The translations under genes were made by a program, and so were the position numbers. Positions 1 to 9,125 of a stretch of 44,719 nt of DNA are shown here, piece after piece; the stretch's first letter is position 1; the number at the start of each line of letters is the position of its first letter. The notes under the pieces were generated by a model. That model was given only the letters and a program-made list of their open reading frames with translations, ran no database searches and was not told where the DNA came from. The DNA is from Spirochaetia bacterium (GTDB lineage: Bacteria; Spirochaetota; Spirochaetia; DSM-27196; Salinispiraceae). The DNA lies in the NCBI GenBank assembly GCA_038204425.1, contig JBBRCZ010000018.1:1-44719 (forward strand). Direction: 5' to 3'.

Positions 1-1
1 T

Positions 2-3000
2 TTAGAATATCAAGAACAGGCCCGACAGTTTCTCTACTCTCTCAAACGTGGAGAGCTGGTTCCAAACTTAGAAACAAAACGTAGGCATAAAAACGGCCGG
101 ATCATTGACGTGTGGCTGACTAACACCAAGCTGACTGATGAGAAAGGGGCGCTCACAGGTATTGCCACAACTGAACGGGATATTTCGCAAAGTAACTATT
201 TTACGGCTTCTTCACAGTATGCACGAAGTTTAATCGAAGCGTCTCTTGACCCCCTTGTTACTATCAGCTTAGAAGGAAAAATTACTGACGTTAACAACGC
301 CACTATTGAAATTACTGGTCTATCTCGCAAAGCACTCATCGGTTCTGATTTTCCGAACTATTTCAGCGAACCAGATAAGGCTCGTGACGGATATAGGCAA
401 GTTTTTGCCAAAGGTTCTGTTACTGATTATCCACTAACTCTTCAAGGTAAAGACGGCAAACGGACGGACGTTCTTTACAATGCGTCGATTTATAAAGACC
501 TGAAGGGAAACGTTTTAGGTGTGGTTTCAACAGCCCGCGATGTTACCGCACAGAGGCAGCTCGAATATCTATGGCAAGGACAGATTGCCTTCTCCGAAAA
601 AATGCGCGGTGAGCAGACAATAGCGCAGTTAGGTCAAAATGTCTTAAGTTTTTTAGTTCCGTTTACCAATGGTCAAGTAGGAGCATTTTACGCACTTGTC
701 GCAGATAATAGACTTCAACAGGTAAGCAGTTATGCGTTAGCTAAATCTGAAGCATCACAGAAGCCTATTTTATTTGGCGAAGGCTTAGTAGGTCAGGTTG
801 CTTTAGAAAAAAAAACACTGTTGATTGAAAATGTACCGCCAGGCTATTTTTATAAAGTCGAATCTGCACTCGGAGAGATGATCCCCAGATCACTTTTAGT
901 TTTTCCAATTCTGTATGAAAATGAAGTAAAAGGGGTGATTGAATTAGGCTCGCTGCACTCATTTACTGAGCAGCAAAGGGCTTTTTTAAGCCACGTTTCC
1001 CAGAGCATCGGAATTGCCCTTAATACCTCGGAAGTTCAAAAAAAAGTTCAAGTACTGCTTGAACAGTCCCAGGCTACAAATAGTCAAATGCAAACCCAAC
1101 AAGAAGCGTTAAGGGTTGCCAACGAAGAACTGGAAGATCAGTCTGATACCTTGAAAAATTTTCAGACTCAATTGCAAAATGAACAAACAAAACTGGAAGA
1201 AACCAATAGTCAGCTAGAAGAGAATACCCAAGCGCTTAAGCAACAGAAAAATGTTCTCAACGAAAAAAACGCAGAATTAAACAAGGCTCAGATATTATTA
1301 GAAGAAAAAGCCAGCGAAGTCCAAAGAGCAAGTCAATACAAGACAGAATTCTTGGCCAACATGTCTCACGAATTAAGAACACCGCTCAATAGTTCTTTGA
1401 TTTTGGCAAAACTTCTTATGGAAAACTCCCAAGGGAATTTAACTACGGAACAGATTCAGTTTGCAGGTTCCATTTATTCCTCTGGCCACGACCTTCTCGA
1501 TCTTATTAATGATGTCTTAGATCTATCTAAGGTTGAGGCCGGCAAGCTAGACATCAATGTTGAGAGTGTCTTTATCCCTAAATTAGTGGATGAAATTAAG
1601 AAAAACTTCCACCATATGGCCGATGAAAAGAAACTCGCTTTTGAAATAGAAGTTGAAACAGATATTCCACAATCATTCACAACTGATCGGCAACGATTAC
1701 ATCAGATTCTTAAAAACCTAGTATCAAACGCTTTTAAATTCACCACCCACGGATCAGTCAAAATTAGGCTATACCGCCATTCCAAAGGAACCATCGCCTT
1801 TGACGTGATCGATTCAGGCATAGGGATAACTAAAGACCAGCAAGAAATAATTTTTGAGGCCTTTAGGCAAGCTGATGGTACCATCAATCGAAAGTATGGG
1901 GGCACTGGTCTAGGGCTTTCAATCTCTAGAGACCTCGCCAAGCTCTTAGGAGGCAGAATAGAGGTGAAGAGCACTGCAGGATATGGAAGTAGCTTTACAT
2001 TGATCTTGCCGGAAGCCTATCAAGATTTGCCAAAAGTCACTGCACCTGCCAAATTTTATTCCGATTTAGCAGTAGATGAAAAAAAAGAAAACGCAATATC
2101 AGCACGTCGCGAAACTGCTCTAGCTCTTCCATTTACCGATGACCGCGATGACCTCGGCAAATCTGGGCGAACTATTCTGGTGATTGAAGACGAACCTCAA
2201 TTTTCTAAAATTCTGCTCGATTTGGCGCGTGAGCTTAAATTCAAATGCCTCGTATCTCAGGGGGCAGATGAGGGATTTGATATGGCCACTTTCTACATTC
2301 CAGATGCTATTTTACTTGATATTAAGTTACCTGATCATCTAGGGCTCACGGTGCTTGATCGACTGAAAGAAAATCTCAAGACTCGTCACATACCAGTACA
2401 TGTAATCTCAGTGGAAGATTACTCGGATGCCGCTCTTCAAATGGGTGCAATTGGTTATTTGCAAAAGCCAGCCAACCGTGATGATATTAAAAAAGTCTTT
2501 GAGAAACTAGAGGCCAGATTTTCCCAAAAGATTAGTCATGTTTTAATTGTCCAGGGTGACGACTTTCAGCGGAATGCTATCCGTAAAATGATTGAGGAGG
2601 AAGGTATTGAATTCGCCATGGTGGCGTCGGCAAAAGAAGCGCTAATCGAACTCAAGAAAACTGTCTTTGATTGCATGATCATTGATATAGATCTTCCCGA
2701 TATGTCTGGCGATAAACTATTGGAAGAAATGGGAAAAGTAGATATTTCTTTTTTTCCTCCGGTTATTGTTTACATTGGAAACCCACTTACCAAAGAGCAA
2801 GAAGATGGCCTTAGAATACATTCAAAATCTTTGCTCGTTAAGACAGCAAAATCCCCTGAGAGGCTTTTGGATGAGGTGACCTTGTTCCTTCACCGGGTAG
2901 AAGCTAAAATGCCACCTGAGCGAAGGCAGGCACTTAAAACTGCCAAAAGCCGCGAGCAGTTTTTAGAAGGAAAGAAAATTCTTGTGGTGGATGATGACAT

Positions 3001-3349
3001 TAGAAATATTTTTGCTTTAACCAGTGCCCTTGAGCAAAAAGGGGCCACCGTTATTGTCGGAAGAAATGGTCAAGAAGCTTTGGACCAGCTTGAGCAGAAT
3101 CCAGAGACAGACCTAGTAGTTATGGATATCATGATGCCTGTCATGGATGGCTATGAAGCGATTGGAAGAATTAGACAACAAGCGAATTTTTCTATGCTCC
3201 CTATTATAGCGGTAACTGCCAGAGCGATGAAAGACGATCAAAAAAAATGTCTTAAAGCTGGTTTCAATGACTATTTGTCTAAGCCAGTCGATCTGGATAA
3301 GCTCTTCTCCCTCATTCGGGTCTGGGCCTATAAGTACGGACGGGTTTAA
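2..3349 (+). CDS. Multi-sensor hybrid histidine kinase (PAS/PAC-PAS-GAF-coiled coil-HisKA-HATPase-REC-REC-REC); 5' end lies outside the window
   Basis: The frame is open from position 2 (LEYQEQARQF...KRRHKNGRIIDVWLT, a PAC-like segment), so the GTG at 110 is not the true start. Motifs: H-box FLANMSHELRTPLN, N-box ILKNLVSNAFKFT, G-boxes DSGIGI and GGTGLGL, and three receiver domains (LLDIKLPD, IIDIDLPD, VMDIMMP). Confidence 0.93.
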   Translation, partial: LEYQEQARQFLYSLKRGELVPNLETKRRHKNGRIIDVWLTNTKLTDEKGALTGIATTERDISQSNYFTASSQYARSLIEASLDPLVTISLEGKITDVNNATIEITGLSRKALIGSDFPNYFSEPDKARDGYRQVFAKGSVTDYPLTLQGKDGKRTDVLYNASIYKDLKGNVLGVVSTARDVTAQRQLEYLWQGQIAFSEKMRGEQTIAQLGQNVLSFLVPFTNGQVGAFYALVADNRLQQVSSYALAKSEASQKPILFGEGLVGQVALEKKTLLIENVPPGYFYKVESALGEMIPRSLLVFPILYENEVKGVIELGSLHSFTEQQRAFLSHVSQSIGIALNTSEVQKKVQVLLEQSQATNSQMQTQQEALRVANEELEDQSDTLKNFQTQLQNEQTKLEETNSQLEENTQALKQQKNVLNEKNAELNKAQILLEEKASEVQRASQYKTEFLANMSHELRTPLNSSLILAKLLMENSQGNLTTEQIQFAGSIYSSGHDLLDLINDVLDLSKVEAGKLDINVESVFIPKLVDEIKKNFHHMADEKKLAFEIEVETDIPQSFTTDRQRLHQILKNLVSNAFKFTTHGSVKIRLYRHSKGTIAFDVIDSGIGITKDQQEIIFEAFRQADGTINRKYGGTGLGLSISRDLAKLLGGRIEVKSTAGYGSSFTLILPEAYQDLPKVTAPAKFYSDLAVDEKKENAISARRETALALPFTDDRDDLGKSGRTILVIEDEPQFSKILLDLARELKFKCLVSQGADEGFDMATFYIPDAILLDIKLPDHLGLTVLDRLKENLKTRHIPVHVISVEDYSDAALQMGAIGYLQKPANRDDIKKVFEKLEARFSQKISHVLIVQGDDFQRNAIRKMIEEEGIEFAMVASAKEALIELKKTVFDCMIIDIDLPDMSGDKLLEEMGKVDISFFPPVIVYIGNPLTKEQEDGLRIHSKSLLVKTAKSPERLLDEVTLFLHRVEAKMPPERRQALKTAKSREQFLEGKKILVVDDDIRNIFALTSALEQKGATVIVGRNGQEALDQLEQNPETDLVVMDIMMPVMDGYEAIGRIRQQANFSMLPIIAVTARAMKDDQKKCLKAGFNDYLSKPVDLDKLFSLIRVWAYKYGRV

Positions 3350-4158
3350 TGGACCAATACCAACTTTTGCTTGAGAGCCTTTACGAGAAATATCAGTATG
3401 ATTTTCGCGGCTATTCACGTGAGTCACTCAAACGCAGAATAAACAAAGCAACTAGCCTACTAGAATGTGATAGTCTGCCAGTACTTCAAGATAAGTTTTT
3501 GAGTGATCCTGTATTCGCTGATAGAGTTCTTGATGTTCTCACTGTGCCAGTAAGCGAAATGTTTAGAGACCCCGTTTTTTTTCTTTCGATCAGAAAACAT
3601 ATCATACCTGCCCTTAGGGCATATCCCTCCCTTAAAATCTGGATCGCAGGCTGCAGTACAGGGGAGGAAGTCTATTCGTTTGCTATTTTGTTGAGGGAAG
3701 AAGGACTCCTAGACCAAACTATCATTTATGCTACTGACATTAATGCTAAAAACCTTGGGCAAGCTGACGCAGGGATCTTCAAGTTAGATAAAATGCAAAA
3801 GTTTACAAGCAATTACTATAAGGCAGGTGGCACGGCTGAATTTTCCGACTACTATTCTGCTGACTATGATGAAGCTGTATTTAACAAATCTCTAAAAAGA
3901 AACGTTGTTTTCTCTGATCATAGTCTTTCAACTGATGCTGTGTTTTCAGAAACTCAATTAGTATCATGTAGAAATGTTTTGATGTATTTTGCGGGGGAAC
4001 TTCAAGAAAAAGCGATAGGGTTATTCCATGAGTCTCTTAGCTCAAACGGTTTTCTTGGGCTTGGCCCAGGTGATACTATCAAATACACAAAATATGCGAA
4101 CGCTTTTCTTCCAGTCATAGAGAAAGATTGTATTTTTCAAAAGAAAGAAAAGTTGTGA
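3349..4158 (+). CDS. cheR: CheR-family protein-glutamate O-methyltransferase
   Basis: Motifs YDFRGY, SEMFRDP, IWIAGCSTGEEVYS, YATDIN and SCRNVLMYF. Coupled to the kinase by a TAATG overlap. Confidence 0.93.
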   Translation: MDQYQLLLESLYEKYQYDFRGYSRESLKRRINKATSLLECDSLPVLQDKFLSDPVFADRVLDVLTVPVSEMFRDPVFFLSIRKHIIPALRAYPSLKIWIAGCSTGEEVYSFAILLREEGLLDQTIIYATDINAKNLGQADAGIFKLDKMQKFTSNYYKAGGTAEFSDYYSADYDEAVFNKSLKRNVVFSDHSLSTDAVFSETQLVSCRNVLMYFAGELQEKAIGLFHESLSSNGFLGLGPGDTIKYTKYANAFLPVIEKDCIFQKKEKL

Positions 4159-5909
4159 GTTTATTAACAACAAGAAATAAGGTTGAGGCGGTGGCCATTG
4201 GTGCCTCGGCCGGCGGTTTGGAAGCATTGGCCAAAATACTTCCTTTGCTGCATAAGGTATATCCCGTACCCATCTTTATCGTACTACACATCCCTGCCGG
4301 TCAACCTAGCTACCTTTCTCGCTACTTTGAGACAGAAGGTAGTCTGATAGTTAAAGAGGCCCAAGACAAAGAAAAAATAAAGGCTGGGACTGTATATTTT
4401 GCACCTCCAGGATATCATCTATTTATAGAAAAAACCAAAGTTTTTTCATTGACGAAAGAAGATCCAGTTAATTTTTCCAGACCTTCCATTGATGTACTAT
4501 TTGAGTCGGCCGCAGATACTTACGGTCAAAATATTGCAGGCATTTTACTAAGTGGATCCAACGAAGATGGAGCTTTGGGACTAAAAAAAATAAAAGATGC
4601 CGGTGGATTGACGATCGTCCAGGATTCAATCGAAGCAGAGTTTAAGACGATGCCCAGGGCTGGACTGTCGTATGTTTTACCCGAATGCGTACTCAGCTTA
4701 GATCAAATTTCCATTTTTCTTCAGCAATTATCTCTTGAAACAATCTCACAGGAAAAAAATATGAATAACGATAGACTTGAAATACTGCTCGTCGATGATG
4801 TCAAAGAAAACATTTTTGCTTTAAAAGCACTGCTTGCGAGAGACGATGTTAATATTTTTGACGCATGCTCTGGTAGCGAGGCCCTAGAATTGATGATGAA
4901 GCATGATTTCTGTCTTGCCATGCTTGATGTTCAAATGCCAAATATGAACGGTTTTGAACTCGCTGAATTTATGCGTGGAACACTTAGAACCAAGAAGATT
5001 CCTATCATCTTTGTCACCGCTGCGACCAAAGAGGAACAGTATATTTTTAAGGGTTATGAAAGTGGCGCCGTGGATTTCCTGCGCAAACCCCTCGATCCCT
5101 ATATTGTAAAAAGCAAAGTAAATGTATTTCTTGAACTTCATCGGCACAAAAATGAGCTCAAGGAACAAATAGAGGAACTTAGAGAGACCAAAGAAGAATT
5201 GCAGCGAGCTATTGCTATGAGAGAAGAATTTATGGCAATTGCCGGCCATGAATTGAAGACGCCACTCACCTCGTTGTCTCTTCAGGCACAGCTCAGATTG
5301 CGATGTTTGAAGAACAAAGACTATTCTTTTTTTAGTCCAGAGAAACTAGAAGAAATGTTTTTCGCTGACTATAAACAAGTAGTTAAGCTGACACGTCTTA
5401 TTGATGACATGCTTGATATTTCCCGAATAAGTTCGGGGCAGTTTTCCATGCAAGTCGAGAACTTTGATTTATGTGCCCTAGCCCATGATGTAATTGAAAG
5501 AAATTTCGAGCAGTATCAATCGTCTGGAATCAAGATTAAAGTTACCTCTTCTAGCCAAACAATTAATGGGACATGGGACCAATTTAGAATCGAACAAGTC
5601 ATTACCAACCTTCTCACCAATGCCATTAGATATGGTGCTGGGAAACCTATCGAAGTTCGGTTAAGTACCGATAGTCACCACGCTGTAATAGTGATAGAGG
5701 ATAAAGGAGTCGGTATTGAGGAAAAGGATCTAAAAAGGATTTTTCAAAAATTTGAAAGAGTCACTAGTAGTGAGACCAATGGGATAGGTATAGGGCTTTA
5801 TATTATTAGTCAAATTATTGAAGCGCACAACGGGACTATCAAAGTTGAAAGTCGACCCAATGAAGGATCGACGTTTACCATAGAATTGCCATTGTCTCAA
5901 AAAGACTAG
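4155..5909 (+). CDS. Fusion of a CheB methylesterase domain with REC-HisKA-HATPase (response-regulator hybrid kinase)
   Basis: GTG at 4155 overlaps the cheR stop (GTGA). CheB triad motifs GASAGG, VLHIP and SGSNEDG. Then REC (LLVDD, LDVQMP, KP), H-box AGHELKTPL, N-box NLLTNAIRY and G-boxes DKGVGI / GIGIGL. No stop codon separates CheB from REC. Confidence 0.88.
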   Translation: MSLLTTRNKVEAVAIGASAGGLEALAKILPLLHKVYPVPIFIVLHIPAGQPSYLSRYFETEGSLIVKEAQDKEKIKAGTVYFAPPGYHLFIEKTKVFSLTKEDPVNFSRPSIDVLFESAADTYGQNIAGILLSGSNEDGALGLKKIKDAGGLTIVQDSIEAEFKTMPRAGLSYVLPECVLSLDQISIFLQQLSLETISQEKNMNNDRLEILLVDDVKENIFALKALLARDDVNIFDACSGSEALELMMKHDFCLAMLDVQMPNMNGFELAEFMRGTLRTKKIPIIFVTAATKEEQYIFKGYESGAVDFLRKPLDPYIVKSKVNVFLELHRHKNELKEQIEELRETKEELQRAIAMREEFMAIAGHELKTPLTSLSLQAQLRLRCLKNKDYSFFSPEKLEEMFFADYKQVVKLTRLIDDMLDISRISSGQFSMQVENFDLCALAHDVIERNFEQYQSSGIKIKVTSSSQTINGTWDQFRIEQVITNLLTNAIRYGAGKPIEVRLSTDSHHAVIVIEDKGVGIEEKDLKRIFQKFERVTSSETNGIGIGLYIISQIIEAHNGTIKVESRPNEGSTFTIELPLSQKD

Positions 5910-6024
5910 ACAGGATCTATTTGACGCGAAGCGGCTACCGGGATAGACTGATACTATCTCTATAGCTACAAAGCTGCGTGAGCTGCTCACTAAGTGGCAG
6001 CGTCAACAGCTGCAGCGTCTCACT

Positions 6025-7080
6025 TTAATAGGCGGTCGGGTTTTGTACTTCAAAAAACGCTTGGTTGATGCGGTCTCTTAGCTCTTGGCCCAGAACTATC
6101 GAGGCTGAGGAAATATTCTCTTTAAGTTGCTCGAGGCTAGTGGCGCCAATGATGTTGGCACTTACAAAACTGCGATCGTTTACAAAAGCCAACGACAACT
6201 GAGTCAGACTAATATTTAAGTCATTGGCAATCTCTTGGTACAACTTGATGGCTTTCTCGGTTTTTTGGCCCAAGTAGTAGCCCATCCGGTCGCCACCCCA
6301 GGTGCTATAGCGCGCGCCTTGTGGCTTTTTGCCATCCAGATACTTTCCTGTTAGAATGCCACCTGCCAAGGGAGAATAGGCCAAAAGTCCAACTTTTTCT
6401 GCCATGGCGATCTCGGCCAGTCCAACTTCGTACTCGCGGCGGACCATGGAATAGGCGTTTTGAATGCTCACCATACGAGGCAAATGGTGCTTGTCCGCTA
6501 GTGCCAAGTACTTCATCAGCCCCCAGGGTGTTTCGTTGGAAACACCAAAGTGGCGAACCTTGCCACTTTTTTGAATTGTGTTGAGTGTTTCTAAGATTTC
6601 CAGCATGCGCTCTTGCTCGGTTTGGTAGTCGCCCAGCATCGACTCATCATAGTTGAGCTTGCCCCAGATGGCAACCTTACGCTCAGGCCAATGTAGCTGG
6701 TAGAGGTCGAGGTAGTCGGTCTGCAAACGTTTGAGTGAAGCCTCGATAGCTTGCAAAATGCTGGCAGATTTAAAGCCTGCACCACCGCGAATGTGATCTG
6801 CGCTGCTGCCTGCTACTTTGCTAGCCAAAATTATCTTGTCACGCGTGGCTCTGCTCTTGAGCCAAGTGCCAATATAGGTCTCGGTCTTGCCGTAGGTCTC
6901 CGCCGAAGGCGGAACGGCATAGATTTCTGCGGTATCGACAAAATTAACGCCAGCTGCAAGTGCGTAGTCGAGTTGTTCATGCGCCTGGGCTTCTGAGTTC
7001 TGGTAACCCCAAGTCATGGTTCCCAAACAGATTTTACTAACGTCCAAATCGGTATTGCCGAGTTTTCTTCTTTCTATCAT
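6025..7080 (-). CDS. NADP(H)-dependent aldo/keto reductase, Tas-like
   Basis: Motifs LGTMTWG, DTAEIY, LASKV, DYLDLYQLHWP, GVSNETPWG, LAYSPLAGG and IIGATSLEQL. Start placed at ATG 7080 (MIERRKLG). Confidence 0.92.
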   Translation of the reverse strand: MIERRKLGNTDLDVSKICLGTMTWGYQNSEAQAHEQLDYALAAGVNFVDTAEIYAVPPSAETYGKTETYIGTWLKSRATRDKIILASKVAGSSADHIRGGAGFKSASILQAIEASLKRLQTDYLDLYQLHWPERKVAIWGKLNYDESMLGDYQTEQERMLEILETLNTIQKSGKVRHFGVSNETPWGLMKYLALADKHHLPRMVSIQNAYSMVRREYEVGLAEIAMAEKVGLLAYSPLAGGILTGKYLDGKKPQGARYSTWGGDRMGYYLGQKTEKAIKLYQEIANDLNISLTQLSLAFVNDRSFVSANIIGATSLEQLKENISSASIVLGQELRDRINQAFFEVQNPTAY

Positions 7081-7086
7081 AAAGAC

Positions 7087-7116
7087 ATAATGCAACAACT
7101 TGGCAAGCTGTGCCAA
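7087..7116 (-). promoter_or_regulatory. Putative sigma70 promoter of the aldo/keto reductase, leaderless geometry
   Basis: Minus strand reads TTGGCA-18 nt-CATTAT-6 nt-ATG, with no Shine-Dalgarno. Confidence 0.45.
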
Positions 7117-7166
7117 GCGCCATCTGGTATTTGAAATACAGATTTTTGAATACTAATTTTGAAATA

Positions 7167-8279
7167 CTAAAGTGGTCTTAGCACCAAGAGTTGGCCTGCT
7201 TTTTCGTCAGTTATGAGGTATATGAGTCCATCGGGGCCAATTTCTAAGTCGCGAATCCGTCCTATTTGGCCTTTGAGCAGACTCTCTTGAGAGATGGGTC
7301 GACTACCCTCCAAAATTATTCGACGTAGTTCTCTGCCAGCAAGGTTGCCCGAAATAATGTGCCCTTGCCATTTAGGAAAGGCTTTTCCGAAATAGATCAC
7401 TAGGCCCGATGGGGCAATAGACGGTGTCCAGTGTAGAACTGGAGCTTCGATTCCAGGCCGCGTGCTTTGACTGCTAATTATACTTCCATTATAGTCAAGG
7501 CCAAAGGTGACAAGTGGCCAGCCGTAGTTGGCACCTGCTTTTAGTATGTTTAGTTCGTCGCCACCTCGCGGTCCGTGTTCAGTTAAGAGCATACGACTAT
7601 TTGCTTCATCATAGACCATGCCCTGCACATTCCGATGCCCGAGGCTAAAAACTTCGGCGGCGGCCCCCGCTATTTTTGGATTACCTGGATGGGGCTTGCC
7701 TTGATCAGTTAAACGGATGATTTTACCGGCAAAATCTGCTGGATCTTGGGCGCGTTGGGACTCACCACGGTCCCCAAAACTCATGTACAAAGCGCCTTCC
7801 GGACCAAATGCCAAACGGCTGCCGAAATGGGCGGTGGCGTTGGTTTTTCTTTGACCTGACCAGATAACCTCAACCTCGCGCGGCCCGCTTGCTGTCCAAC
7901 GTGCGCGCGCAAGTGCAGTGGAGTAACCTTGTTGCCCGGCCTCTGCAAACGTCAGATATATCCAAGAGTTTTTGTCAAAGTTTGGATGGATTGCAATATC
8001 CAGTAGGCCACCTTGCCCAATAACCGCTACGGCAAGGTTTAGATCAAAGCTTTGCATCTTGTTGCCATCCCAAGAGAGGATCTTGCCGCCTTTGCTGGTT
8101 ACCAACAGGGTTCCATCTGGTAGAAAGGCCATTCCCCACGGGTTGGCGAGGTTTTTACTGAGTTGTTCCACAATAAAATTGCCAAAGCGGCTGTCCACTT
8201 TTGCAACAAGTTCCTGTGACAAAAGCGAAGCCCATGCTGCAAGAGTAATTAAAACATAAACCAAGAAGTAACGTTTCAT
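7167..8279 (-). CDS. PQQ-dependent soluble aldose/glucose-sorbosone dehydrogenase (GSDH/YliI family), secreted
   Basis: N-terminal signal-like segment. Motifs PWGMAFLPDG, GQGGLLDI, HFGSRL, GHRNVQG, EHGPRGGDELN, NYGWP, WTPSIAPSG and RIRD. SD AAGGAG. Confidence 0.9.
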   Translation of the reverse strand: MKRYFLVYVLITLAAWASLLSQELVAKVDSRFGNFIVEQLSKNLANPWGMAFLPDGTLLVTSKGGKILSWDGNKMQSFDLNLAVAVIGQGGLLDIAIHPNFDKNSWIYLTFAEAGQQGYSTALARARWTASGPREVEVIWSGQRKTNATAHFGSRLAFGPEGALYMSFGDRGESQRAQDPADFAGKIIRLTDQGKPHPGNPKIAGAAAEVFSLGHRNVQGMVYDEANSRMLLTEHGPRGGDELNILKAGANYGWPLVTFGLDYNGSIISSQSTRPGIEAPVLHWTPSIAPSGLVIYFGKAFPKWQGHIISGNLAGRELRRIILEGSRPISQESLLKGQIGRIRDLEIGPDGLIYLITDEKAGQLLVLRPL

Positions 8280-8297
8280 ACCATGCTCCTTGGCCCA

Positions 8298-8326
8298 ATC
8301 ATATCTCTTATCTGGGTGTCGTGCAA
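8298..8326 (-). promoter_or_regulatory. Putative sigma70 promoter of the GSDH gene
   Basis: Minus strand reads TTGCAC-17 nt-TATGAT, upstream of SD AAGGAG. Confidence 0.55.
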
Positions 8327-8440
8327 AAGGCCTAGTGATTTACTAATTGATTAGGTAGAACAAACAGCGTGTTGTTGGTTTGTTTCAGGGTATGTTTGAA
8401 GAAGTTTGATTTTGCCGCCTTGCAAGCTGCTTTTGAAGGA

Positions 8441-8475
8441 AAGGCTGCTACCGATGTCCGGTAGCAGCCTTTTTT
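8441..8475. terminator. Intrinsic terminator-like hairpin downstream of leuD
   Basis: Perfect 13-bp stem AAGGCTGCTACCG / CGGTAGCAGCCTT with a 5-nt loop. T-run on the + side and a weaker TTTCCTT on the - side. Confidence 0.75.
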
Positions 8476-8485
8476 GACAGAAGCT

Positions 8486-9088
8486 CTATAGTCGACCTGA
8501 TGGGTGGGGTAGGTGAGCTGCAGCTTTGGCTACTAGGCCGGAGTTGGCGACTAGTAAACTGGTGCTGTCCCAGCTGCCTTCAATCAGCGCATTGCGGCGC
8601 GAGGCCGGCATGTTTACCTTAACGGTAAGTGTACCTGCTCTGACTTCCAAATTTTCTAAATCTACAAGAAACTCAGTCTCGGGCGCTTGGCGGGCGAGCT
8701 GCTGCAAGGCCGCAACGTCGGCTTTGCTTGCAACGACTGCTGGAGTCCCCAACATGACGCAGTTACCTGCAAATATTTCAGCAAAGCTTTCGGCAACTAG
8801 TGCTCTAATGCCCCATCGCACAAGGGACTGGGGGGCATGTTCACGCGAGCTGCCACAGCCAAAGTTAACGTTACCAAGCAGGATGGAGGCGCCTTGAAAC
8901 TCAGTTTTGTTAAAGGCGTGGTCCTTCTTGCTGCCGTCAGCATTAAATCTTTCATCATAAAACGGATACTCGCCCATGCGGCTAAAGGTAATCTCTTTTA
9001 GGTAACGCGCTGGTATGATACGATCGGTGTCTATGTCATCGCCGATTACTGGTACGGCTCGGCCTTTTACGTGTACTACTTTGGACAT
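8486..9088 (-). CDS. leuD: 3-isopropylmalate dehydratase small subunit
   Basis: Motifs DIDTDRIIPARYL, NFGCGSSREHAP and SFAEIFAGN. Lies directly downstream of leuC. Confidence 0.95.
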   Translation of the reverse strand: MSKVVHVKGRAVPVIGDDIDTDRIIPARYLKEITFSRMGEYPFYDERFNADGSKKDHAFNKTEFQGASILLGNVNFGCGSSREHAPQSLVRWGIRALVAESFAEIFAGNCVMLGTPAVVASKADVAALQQLARQAPETEFLVDLENLEVRAGTLTVKVNMPASRRNALIEGSWDSTSLLVANSGLVAKAAAHLPHPSGRL

Positions 9089-9125
9089 AATCTACTCCTT
9101 GTTCTTTTCTGACGAGCTGTGCAGC

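Noticed and set aside
110..112. GTG at 110 as the kinase start
   Set aside because: The frame is open to the window edge and encodes a continuing PAS/PAC segment, so the gene is 5'-truncated.
5910..6024. Mobile-element end or sRNA at the composition boundary
   Set aside because: Only short imperfect hairpins are present; no terminal inverted repeat, target duplication or tRNA fragment is recognisable.
8330..8440. sRNA or small ORF between the GSDH promoter and the leuD terminator
   Set aside because: There is only a weak AACAAAC/GTTTGTT inverted repeat, with no convincing ORF or promoter.
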